Source: an uncultured bacterium
GTDB taxonomy: Bacteria > Patescibacteriota > Minisyncoccia > Phycocordibacterales > PALSA-1337
Direction: 5' to 3'
Assembly (NCBI GenBank): GCA_903870315.1
Contig: CAIQCJ010000001.1
Span: forward strand, 1 to 42,702
Length of the DNA stretch: 42,702 bases
How positions within the stretch are numbered: position 1 is the first letter of the stretch; the number at the start of each line of letters is the position of its first letter. Below the pieces are notes generated by a model, which saw only the letters and a program-made list of their open reading frames with translations, made no database searches and was not told where the DNA came from. This document shows, piece by piece, positions 20,182-28,184 of the stretch. The translations under genes were made by a program, and so were the position numbers.

Positions 20182-20252
20182 TCAAGAATAATATGGCCAG
20201 ATAAAATCTCCATCAAAAAATCTTCAAGAAACGTTCAAGAAGTTCTCAAGAA
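20182..20252 (-). promoter_or_regulatory. comM promoter (-35 TTGATG, 17 nt, -10 TATTAT) with four 11-bp-spaced TT(C/T)TTGA repeats
   Basis: On the plus strand TCAA(G/A)AA begins at 20213, 20224, 20235 and 20246, with a fifth copy at 20182. The -35 is at 20211-20216 and the -10 at 20188-20193. Confidence 0.7.
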
Positions 20253-20285
20253 GCTATGAATAAAGTAACTATAGTAGGAGATCTA

Positions 20286-20648
20286 CTAGTGGTCGTGCTT
20301 TATAGAAATTCTAGCAGCTGGGTTAGCTTCTAGGCGCCCTTTTTCTATGGGTTTGCCACATTTCTCACATACCCCGAACTTTCCAGTCTTGATGCGATCT
20401 ATAGCAGCTTTGACTTCTACTAGCTGGTCCTCGAGCTGTTTGGCGATGATAGAGTTTTCTTCTATTTCTTCAAATTTGTCAGCAACTTCGTTCTCATCAG
20501 CAGAATCAACTTCCATATTTCCAGCCGTAGCTTCCCATCCACTTGCAGTACGTGTGTCAGTTTTGGCTATTTCCCCAAGTTCTTCCTCGAGCTCTACCTT
20601 TTCTGCCAATAGTTTCTCCTCAAAATATTTTAGGTCTTTTGTATTCAT
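20286..20648 (-). CDS. TraR/DksA-family transcription factor
   Basis: Acidic coiled coil (ADENEVADKFEE) followed by FGVCEKCGKPIEKGRLEANPAAR. Confidence 0.88.
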   Translation of the reverse strand: MNTKDLKYFEEKLLAEKVELEEELGEIAKTDTRTASGWEATAGNMEVDSADENEVADKFEEIEENSIIAKQLEDQLVEVKAAIDRIKTGKFGVCEKCGKPIEKGRLEANPAARISIKHDH

Positions 20649-20660
20649 GATGCCACCAGT

Positions 20661-21650
20661 CTAGCGCAAATAAGACTGTCTTTCAAGGCGCGACGTCACC
20701 TCTCCTATCAGATTCTCATCTGATGTGAATATAAGGCGGTTGTTGTCTAGGAATGAATATAGAAACGCCACACCACCATTGTCAGTTACAAATTCGCGGA
20801 TATCCTTGTTACTTATATTTTTATCTATAAATCTGCCATGTATTGCTAGATAGTTTGGATTATATCCGGTTGTTGTTTTGCCGCCAGTTGATGAAAAATC
20901 AGTCACAGGAGCTGTTGTCGGAGGTACTATGTATTTTTTGATATCATCAGCCATCACACTCTCCCACTGCAGCATTCCTGCAAAAGCATTTTGATAGAAA
21001 TTATCGCTCACCATAACGAATATGCTTTTTTGTCCTTGATTATTAGCGTATTCTCCTATCATCCACTCATTATTCAAGGATCTGAAAAGAATATCAGGCA
21101 TATTTATGCCAAGATTTATTATAAGGGTCTGGGCGGGTATATTTCCTGTCTGTACGGTTTGATTTTTGTCTGTAGAGGTTGATGTGGTCGTAAGTAGGAT
21201 TTCTTTTATTGTTCCAGGTTTCTGGTCTTTTGCCAGCTCAGCCATGATCTGTGTTTGTGTATTTAGAGGATCATTTATGTTGATGGGTATGTTTACTTTC
21301 AAATCAGTCGGTATCAGGACATTTTTCTGAGCAGTATTTGCTATTGGTATGGATGTTGGGGCAGAATTTATACTATAAATGTAATACAATCCAAAGATAC
21401 CACCGACTATAAAGATAAGACTTGATATTACAATCAGTGATTTTTTCCAAGAATTTGACCCACCTTCATCTGGGAGATTTGAGATAACTGACTGACCGTT
21501 TTTCTTATTACTCTCAGCCAGAGCAATTGTAAACGCTGATGTATTTCTTTTGGCCAATATTTCAGCCACGTCTCCTTCATAAGTACGTAGAGATTTGGCG
21601 GAAGGGTTTTTACTATCTGTTTTTTGAGGTTGAAGCTGATTTTCTTCCAT
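20661..21650 (-). CDS. Conserved hypothetical single-pass membrane protein
   Basis: LRTYEGDV N-terminal motif, one TM helix, NAFAGMLQWE and FIDKNISNKDIR motifs as recalled from Parcubacteria proteins. Confidence 0.75.
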   Translation of the reverse strand: MEENQLQPQKTDSKNPSAKSLRTYEGDVAEILAKRNTSAFTIALAESNKKNGQSVISNLPDEGGSNSWKKSLIVISSLIFIVGGIFGLYYIYSINSAPTSIPIANTAQKNVLIPTDLKVNIPININDPLNTQTQIMAELAKDQKPGTIKEILLTTTSTSTDKNQTVQTGNIPAQTLIINLGINMPDILFRSLNNEWMIGEYANNQGQKSIFVMVSDNFYQNAFAGMLQWESVMADDIKKYIVPPTTAPVTDFSSTGGKTTTGYNPNYLAIHGRFIDKNISNKDIREFVTDNGGVAFLYSFLDNNRLIFTSDENLIGEVTSRLERQSYLR

Positions 21651-21714
21651 ACTTTATATTATAGCCGTATTTCATAAAAATTGTAATATTTGTTTTGATA
21701 CATATATCTTTTTT

Positions 21715-21754
21715 TAAAAAAAATACATCGTCATCTCTACTAGACGATGTATTT
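21715..21754 (-). terminator. Intrinsic terminator
   Basis: 12-bp stem AAATACATCGTC/GACGATGTATTT followed by a U-run on the minus strand. Confidence 0.75.
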
Positions 21755-21809
21755 CTACCTAGCATGTTTTGGTAAACACGCCAGGCTATTCAGTTGTAAT
21801 AATTGGTTC

Positions 21810-21980
21810 TCAGATAGTCTTACAGTGTCTCCTTGATCGTTTGTTGTTAATCTTAACAACACCACGAACGAGCATATCATTCACGAAGATGGTCGTTTTG
21901 GCGCTATCGTGATGAGTGAGTTTATCTATTCTCGCTACTAGATCGCCTAGTGTTAGCGAGCGTCCTTTTCTCCTTGGCAT
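21810..21980 (-). CDS. Small basic orphan protein (56 aa), not in the ORF track
   Basis: MPRRKGRSLTLGDLVARIDKLTHHDSAKTTIFVNDMLVRGVVKINNKRSRRHCKTI. Purine-rich RBS (AAAAGGGGG) and a TTGACT promoter-like box upstream; hairpins downstream. Confidence 0.6.
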   Translation of the reverse strand: MPRRKGRSLTLGDLVARIDKLTHHDSAKTTIFVNDMLVRGVVKINNKRSRRHCKTI

Positions 21981-22096
21981 AACTACCCCCTTTTACTTTG
22001 CTTGTGTTCTAAGACCAAGTACAAGTCTTACACATCGAAATTTTACAGTCAACACCTGATCTGTGTCCCCCGGCTTAGTCTTTATATGGTCTCCTA

Positions 22097-24277
22097 TTAT
22101 CTCTTCTTAAAATCAATACGAGGCGGTCTTGGTGGAGCTGGCAGCTCATCTTTCTTTGTGAAGAAGGTTGGATTGGCGGCTTTAATAGAAAGGTTTATTC
22201 TTCCTTTGTCGTCTACTTCTTTTACTATAACAGGCACTTTCATCCCCTCTTGTATGTAAGTAGTGACTCGCTCGACACGGAATGGTGCAATCTCGGATAC
22301 ATGGACAAGCCCTTCGGCGTTCGGCCCAATCTTCACGAAGGCACCGAAGTCCATAAGACGAGTGACTTCGCCGTCAAACTTTTCGCCAGGCATGTATTCA
22401 CGAGTCATACTGAATATGATTTCTTTGGCTTTTTCTGCAGAACCGGCTTTTCCTGTTATAAATATAGAACCATCATCTTCTATGGTTATATCTTCGACAT
22501 GGGTGACATCACGTATCTCATTAATAGTTTTACCTCCAGAACCAATGACTAGGCCGATTTGGTCAGGCCTGACTTTCATAACCAATATTTCTGGTGCGCT
22601 TGGAGATATCTTTGCACGTGGCACAGAGATCTCTTTTTCTATTATATCGATTATCTGGTAACGAGCCTTTTTGGCTTTTTCAAAAGCCTCGGCGAGTATT
22701 TTGAGTGGAATACCCCCGACTTTCACATCCATCTGCACGGCTGTAATACCTTCACGAGTACCAGCAACCTTGAAATCCATATCACCATGATGGTCTTCTG
22801 GGCCCTGGATGTCTGTTAAAAGCTTGTATTCATAGTTTTCGGCCGAACCATTATTTTTCGTGCCAGTTTTTGTGCGCATCATAAGTCCTGAAGCTATACC
22901 TGCGACAGGGGCTTTTATAGGAACACCTCCATCCATGAGTGCGAGAGTAGAACCACAAACCGATCCCATAGAGGTTGATCCATTTGAAGCGAGAGCTTCA
23001 GAGACAAGGCGGATAGTATAAGGGAATTTATCCTTTTCTGGTATGACTGGGAACAGCGCTTTCTCAGCAAGAGCACCATGACCAATCATGCGACGATTTG
23101 TGCCACCAACCTTACCTGTTTCACCACTGGAGAATGGTGGAAAATTGTAATGATGTATGAAACGCTTATTTTCAGCTACTGTTACACCTTCTATAACCAG
23201 AGCATCACCAGGTGAACCAAGAGTGAGTGTAGACATAACATGTGTACCTCCACGATAGAAGATCCCGGAGCCATGCAATACAGGCGATATGCCGCCAGCT
23301 TGGGCGAAGAGTGGTCTTACTGTATCAAAATCACGTCCATCTGCGCGTTTATTTTCATCTATAGCACCAGCATGCAATGCTTCATTGGTAGCTTCTTCGA
23401 ATATATCATCAGCCATAGCAGTATTTCCTTCTGGAAATTTTTCCGCGAACAGCTTCATCCATTTTTCATGGATTTCATTTATCTTTGCATGACCTGGCTC
23501 ATTACTAAAGATATATTTCTTGAGAGAAGGGGTAATTTCAGCATCGAAGAGTTCTTTTATACCAGGAGTTGGTTCTGGAAGCTCAATGACTTTTTTCTTT
23601 TTGCCAATCTCAGCGATTATTTGATTTTGCCAAGCTTGAACCTTCTCTATTTCAGCAGATGCGAGGGTGAGTCCTTCATTTACTAAAGTCTCACCAACTT
23701 CTTTGCTGGCTACCTCAATCATATTTATCATGCCATCTTTTCCGCAGGCGAAAAGGTCGAGTGAAATGCCGGCATCTTCCCTGGCTTTGAAATCTGGATT
23801 GACCAGCCACTCATTGTTTTTACATATTCTAGCTGCAGAAGCCGGACCATTCCAAGGAATATCGGAAGTTCCGAGCGCAAGTGAAGCTGCAATGACGGCA
23901 ACTACATCTGGATCGTCTTGGTCTATAGAAATAGTCGTAAGAATTACCTGAACCTCGTTACGTGTGCGCTGATTGAATAAAGGACGGATCGTGCGATCGA
24001 CGATGCGGCCAGAAAGAATAGCTTCCGTGGAAGGTCTCCCTTCTCGGCGGACGAATCTTGAACCCAAAATACGTCCCGTAGCATAGAAACGCTCCTCGTA
24101 GTCGACAGTCAGAGGAAAAAAGTCACCATCACGAAGACCTCCCATGACGGCGGTAGCTAGTATGACAGTGTTGCCATAACGCAACATTACAGCGCCATTG
24201 GTCTGATCTGCTAAGTCGTTGAATTCGGCCGTAAGTTTCTTACCGCCGATTTCGATCGAGTATTCTTTTTTTGTCAT
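22097..24277 (-). CDS. pnp: Polyribonucleotide nucleotidyltransferase (PNPase)
   Basis: DFFPLTVDYEE, RREGRPS, HHYNFPPFS, SNGSTSMGS, DHHGDMDFKVAGT, plus KH and S1 domains. Start moved to 24277 (MTKKEY). Confidence 0.98.
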   Translation of the reverse strand: MTKKEYSIEIGGKKLTAEFNDLADQTNGAVMLRYGNTVILATAVMGGLRDGDFFPLTVDYEERFYATGRILGSRFVRREGRPSTEAILSGRIVDRTIRPLFNQRTRNEVQVILTTISIDQDDPDVVAVIAASLALGTSDIPWNGPASAARICKNNEWLVNPDFKAREDAGISLDLFACGKDGMINMIEVASKEVGETLVNEGLTLASAEIEKVQAWQNQIIAEIGKKKKVIELPEPTPGIKELFDAEITPSLKKYIFSNEPGHAKINEIHEKWMKLFAEKFPEGNTAMADDIFEEATNEALHAGAIDENKRADGRDFDTVRPLFAQAGGISPVLHGSGIFYRGGTHVMSTLTLGSPGDALVIEGVTVAENKRFIHHYNFPPFSSGETGKVGGTNRRMIGHGALAEKALFPVIPEKDKFPYTIRLVSEALASNGSTSMGSVCGSTLALMDGGVPIKAPVAGIASGLMMRTKTGTKNNGSAENYEYKLLTDIQGPEDHHGDMDFKVAGTREGITAVQMDVKVGGIPLKILAEAFEKAKKARYQIIDIIEKEISVPRAKISPSAPEILVMKVRPDQIGLVIGSGGKTINEIRDVTHVEDITIEDDGSIFITGKAGSAEKAKEIIFSMTREYMPGEKFDGEVTRLMDFGAFVKIGPNAEGLVHVSEIAPFRVERVTTYIQEGMKVPVIVKEVDDKGRINLSIKAANPTFFTKKDELPAPPRPPRIDFKKR

Positions 24278-24460
24278 CTTGATTTGGTGACACCACTCGC
24301 CTATTTGGTTTGGTGGATAGTGTCGCATATCGCCTACAGATTTCAGCTTTGAATGAATCGCGTGGCCATCGACTATTAGTTCGTGGCTATTTTGCGTTTC
24401 AAACCTGCCTATCTTTAGGCGAAGTTAACTATTAATAAACTCAAAATACTGGGTAGCAAT
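24278..24460 (-). promoter_or_regulatory. Structured 5' leader of pnp
   Basis: Extended -10 TGCTACATT (-10 at 24467-24472); an interrupted stem of about 93 nt at 24330-24422 and a second stem at 24289-24324. Confidence 0.65.
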
Positions 24461-24520
24461 ATGAATAATGTAGCATGGCGCCACAGGTTTTGCCAATGTT
24501 AAATAAAATAGTGATTTTTC

Positions 24521-25042
24521 TTACCTCCTCCCCCCAGATCTCAAGAGATATTTATTTGGTGAAGCATCCAGGTCCGTGAAATGATCCGCGACCTCGATAA
24601 GCTTTGCAGATGTTGATTTGCCAAATGAGACGACTTCAACCTGACAACCCTGGTTCATTTGTAGATACTCGACAAGCGGACAGAAGTCACCATCACCGGT
24701 GAGCAAGATAACTGAGTCGAGTTTTGGTGCAAGTTTCACGGCATCTATAGCCATACCAACATCCCAGTCGGCTTTCTTGGCTCCGGACCCGAAGATTTGT
24801 AGATCTTTGACCTTGGTTTCAATACCGGTCTTGGTAAGCGCATCGAAAAAGGCATTTTCATCACCTGATTCTGTGGCGATAACATATGCGACCGCACGAA
24901 CCAGTTTACGACCATCGACAGCGTCTTTGACTATGGCGCCGAAGTTAACTTTGGAGTGATAAAGATTTTTACCACTATGATATAGATTTTGCGTGTCGAT
25001 ATAAACGCCGACGCGCTGCTCTTTATGTTTTATTACTGACAT
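24521..25042 (-). CDS. NYN-domain (LabA/DUF88, PIN-like) putative ribonuclease
   Basis: VYIDTQNLY, KKADWDVGMAID, LTGDGDF, ADHFTDL. Confidence 0.92.
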   Translation of the reverse strand: MSVIKHKEQRVGVYIDTQNLYHSGKNLYHSKVNFGAIVKDAVDGRKLVRAVAYVIATESGDENAFFDALTKTGIETKVKDLQIFGSGAKKADWDVGMAIDAVKLAPKLDSVILLTGDGDFCPLVEYLQMNQGCQVEVVSFGKSTSAKLIEVADHFTDLDASPNKYLLRSGGRR

Positions 25043-25194
25043 TTTTATTTAAATTTTAGGTGAATACCTCTTAGATAAGCCCCTGATTATGCTTTAAAGA
25101 GCAAAAATAAATGGCTCTTTATCAATTATTAAAATGTGTACAACAATACTATTACGTATCACACTACTATTATACCCTATTATGGGAAATTAGA

Positions 25195-25464
25195 TTATTT
25201 AGCTCTAAGTTCCAACTTCTTTGTGATTGAAGAATAGCGGCGAGGATAGTTTTTCTTGAGATAAGTCAAATGAGTCTGACGATCAGCAACCATACCAAGC
25301 AAACCACGACGTGAGTGGTTATCTTTTTTGTGTTTCTTCAAGTGGTCGGTTAATTCTGTAATTCTCTTAGTCAAAATAGCGACCTGAACCTCTGGAGAAC
25401 CAGTGTCCTTGGCATGAATAGCTGTTTCCTTGATAACTTTCGTCTTTTGTCGTGTTGTTAACAT
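25195..25464 (-). CDS. rpsO: 30S ribosomal protein S15
   Basis: [13 protein letters not shown]...[12 protein letters not shown]. Confidence 0.99.
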   Translation of the reverse strand: MLTTRQKTKVIKETAIHAKDTGSPEVQVAILTKRITELTDHLKKHKKDNHSRRGLLGMVADRQTHLTYLKKNYPRRYSSITKKLELRAK

Positions 25465-25511
25465 TGTGGCAATATCATAGCACGAATGAGGTTTTGATGC
25501 AAATTTGATAT

Positions 25512-25564
25512 AGAAAAACCCCCCAACTGGTTATAGAGATTGTAAGTCTCCCAGTCAGGGGTGC
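25512..25564 (-). terminator. Intrinsic terminator of an unannotated short transcript upstream of rpsO
   Basis: On the minus strand CCCCUGACUGG pairs with CCAGUUGGGGG (2 G-U pairs), followed by UUUUU. Confidence 0.7.
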
Positions 25565-25748
25565 GGGTCGTTCCAGTATAGTTTTTGTTTTCTGTGAACG
25601 ATCTCAAAGGAGATTCGGATAGTAATCACTGGCCCGCTCAGCTAGTTCGGTTCTTTCATTGGTTGTCCTCCGGTTCTTTTGGTACGTTATCACCATAATA
25701 TAATACTGTCAAGTATTCTTTATTCTTGTACTAACTTACAATATAGTT

Positions 25749-26771
25749 ATGTCGCACAATATTTCTCCAACCAGTTCCCCTATCTCAGATCTCAAACAGC
25801 AGTTTCTAGAATATGTAGAGATAGAAAAGGGGCGTAGTCTGAAGACTGTTGAGAACTATGATCGCTACTTGAGCCGTTTTCTGGAGCACACGAAGATAAA
25901 AAGTCCAAGCGATATCAATGATGGTGTTGTTCGTGAATATCGTCTATGGTTAAATCGTCAAGAAACCCGTAGTCAAAAAGGTTTGTCTCAGACGACACTA
26001 AAGAAAAAGACCCAGAACTACTACATGATCGCTCTGCGTGCATTTTTGAAATACATGGCACGTATGGATGTAAAATCTATGTCCCCAGACCGTATAGAGC
26101 TTGCCAAGATACCAGAACGCTCTTTAGATTTGATTTCAATAGATGAGCTTGGACGTCTCTTGAACGCACCAGATACAGACACTTTGCGTGGAGTGAGAGA
26201 CAGGACAATAATGGAGTTACTTTTTTCTACAGGCTTGCGTGTCTCTGAGCTCTGTTCTCTTCCTCGTGATATAAATCTTAATCTCGATGAGCTTTCTGTA
26301 CGTGGTAAAGGCGAAAAAGTCCGCGTAGTGTTTCTCTCTGAAGAGTCGAAAAAATGGCTCAAAATATACCTAGATAAGCGAGATGATATGGATGACGCGC
26401 TTTTTGTGCAGATTTTTGGTAAGGATAGTAATGGTAAAGGTACTAGTCAAACGGGGGTAGTAAAAAAAGTCTCGAATTTAGAGAAAAATTCTCCAAAACT
26501 TGCTATAAATAGAGATTCCCTACGCCTTACTTCTCGTTCTGTCGAACGTATCGTGAAGCAGTATGCTATTAAGGCTGGTATTTCAAAGAAAGTCACCCCT
26601 CACATCATCCGCCACTCATTTGCTACAGATCTTCTGCGCAACGGTGCTGACTTACGTTCTGTACAGATGTTGCTCGGTCATGCAAATATAGGCACAACAC
26701 AAATCTATACTCATGTGACAGACAGTGAACTTAGGCGTGTACACCAAAAGTTTCACAGTAAAGGTAAGTAA
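25749..26771 (+). CDS. XerC/XerD-type tyrosine recombinase
   Basis: N-terminal SAM-like domain, LFSTGLRVSEL, VRGKGEKVR, TPHIIRHSFATDLL, LLGHANIGTTQIYTH. Confidence 0.95.
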   Translation: MSHNISPTSSPISDLKQQFLEYVEIEKGRSLKTVENYDRYLSRFLEHTKIKSPSDINDGVVREYRLWLNRQETRSQKGLSQTTLKKKTQNYYMIALRAFLKYMARMDVKSMSPDRIELAKIPERSLDLISIDELGRLLNAPDTDTLRGVRDRTIMELLFSTGLRVSELCSLPRDINLNLDELSVRGKGEKVRVVFLSEESKKWLKIYLDKRDDMDDALFVQIFGKDSNGKGTSQTGVVKKVSNLEKNSPKLAINRDSLRLTSRSVERIVKQYAIKAGISKKVTPHIIRHSFATDLLRNGADLRSVQMLLGHANIGTTQIYTHVTDSELRRVHQKFHSKGK

Positions 26772-26836
26772 CTATTTGAATAGTTGATGTTACATATGAA
26801 ATGCTTGTAGATATAGGAATATGTTATGATTTCTAT

Positions 26837-27604
26837 ATGAGGATTATATCTTGGAATGTAAATGGTCTACGAGCAAACGTGAAGAAGGGCGGTTTTGATT
26901 GGTTCATTAACGAATCACCAGATATTTACTGTATTCAGGAGACAAAGGCACATCCTGACCAGCTTGATGATGGTGTTCGCAATCCGGCGGGGTATTTTTC
27001 ATATTTTGATCATTCGAAAGGTCGTAAAGGTTATAGCGGTGTAGCTGTATACTCGAAAGTTAAACCAGATAAGGTCGAATATGGCTTAGGTGTCCCAGAA
27101 TATGACCAAGAAGGTCGTCTCTTGGCATTGTTTTTTAAGGATTTTGTCCTTTTGAATAATTATTTTCCAAATGGTGGTGGTGGGCCAGAGCGTCTGTCTT
27201 TTAAACTTCGCTATTATGAGGAATTCTTGAAATATATAAACAAGCTCAAGAATCAGGGTTCTGAAATAATCTTTTGTGGAGATATCAACACAGCTCATAC
27301 GGAGATTGATCTTGCACGACCAAGAGAAAATATCAACAACACAGGTTTTCTACCAATAGAGCGTGGCTGGTTAGATAAAGTCGTTATTGCGGGTTATACG
27401 GATGTATTTCGACATCTTCATCAGGGTGAGGTTGGAAAATATACTTGGTGGGATATGAAAACTTTTGCTCGTGATCGTAATGTTGGTTGGAGGATAGACT
27501 ACTTTTTCGTTACCGAAGGTATCCTCAAAATGGTGACAAAGGCGAAAATACTTGATGAAATAATGGGTTCAGACCATTGCCCCATAGAGATATTTATTGG
27601 ATAA
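26837..27604 (+). CDS. xth: Exodeoxyribonuclease III
   Basis: MRIISWNVNGLR, QETK, GYSGV, GDINTAH, GWRIDY, GSDHCP. Start moved to 26837. Confidence 0.97.
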   Translation: MRIISWNVNGLRANVKKGGFDWFINESPDIYCIQETKAHPDQLDDGVRNPAGYFSYFDHSKGRKGYSGVAVYSKVKPDKVEYGLGVPEYDQEGRLLALFFKDFVLLNNYFPNGGGGPERLSFKLRYYEEFLKYINKLKNQGSEIIFCGDINTAHTEIDLARPRENINNTGFLPIERGWLDKVVIAGYTDVFRHLHQGEVGKYTWWDMKTFARDRNVGWRIDYFFVTEGILKMVTKAKILDEIMGSDHCPIEIFIG

Positions 27605-27658
27605 TTATATGGCCTATATAAGCCATATAAAGTGAATATATAATATAAAATTAGTTGC

Positions 27659-27704
27659 AAAAAACCGTGTCAGTGACAATTCAGGAAGAATCATATGACA
27701 CGGT
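27659..27704 (-). terminator. Probable terminator hairpin
   Basis: ACCGTGTCA (27664-72) pairs with TGACACGGT (27696-704), with a U-run on the minus strand; the loop is large. Confidence 0.45.
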
Positions 27705-28184
27705 CTTGTGAAGTCTCGCAAAGATGACTAACCAAAGAACTAATGCTATCCAAACCAGTCCTAGATAAAATCTTTTCAAGGAGTTTATCGACGGTAAGTG
27801 GTGTGCAGTGTCTAAAGTAATGACTCTCCTGATAGGAGGCCTAGATGTAATTTGAGACAAATATACACCACCTTTAGTACCGAGCACCGATCGGATGCAA
27901 ATTTTTTTAAAAAGTCTTTGCTTAACTTCAAACTTGGAGTGGAGTCATAACAACTCCCCTTGAGCCTACCCAGCTCTATTTGAGGTGGCGAAGTTCCAAC
28001 CTCTTTGAAAGAACATTTGTACATCTGTTGTTGTGCTGGCCACGAACGCTCAACGCAACTTTTTAATTTCTCGGACGATGTACTGATCTATAGGTATTTT
28101 ATATTTATTAAGGACAAGTGTAAAGGACATACTGTGGATAAGTATGTCCTTTAGTAGGATTCCTATTATTTACATAATAATTTT

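Noticed and set aside
24278-24328. N-terminal extension of PNPase (MRHYPPNQ...)
   Set aside because: Homology begins at MTKKEY, and the extension lies in the leader stem.
15158-26771. Short low-complexity insertions in PcrA, ComM, PNPase and Xer as inteins or mobile inserts
   Set aside because: They are only 10-35 aa, lack intein C/S...HN termini, and share no sequence. They are most likely variable surface loops.
25749-26800. Xer gene as the integrase of a prophage or island, or a nearby dif site
   Set aside because: It is flanked by core genes with no cargo or att repeats, and I recognised no dif-like 28-mer.
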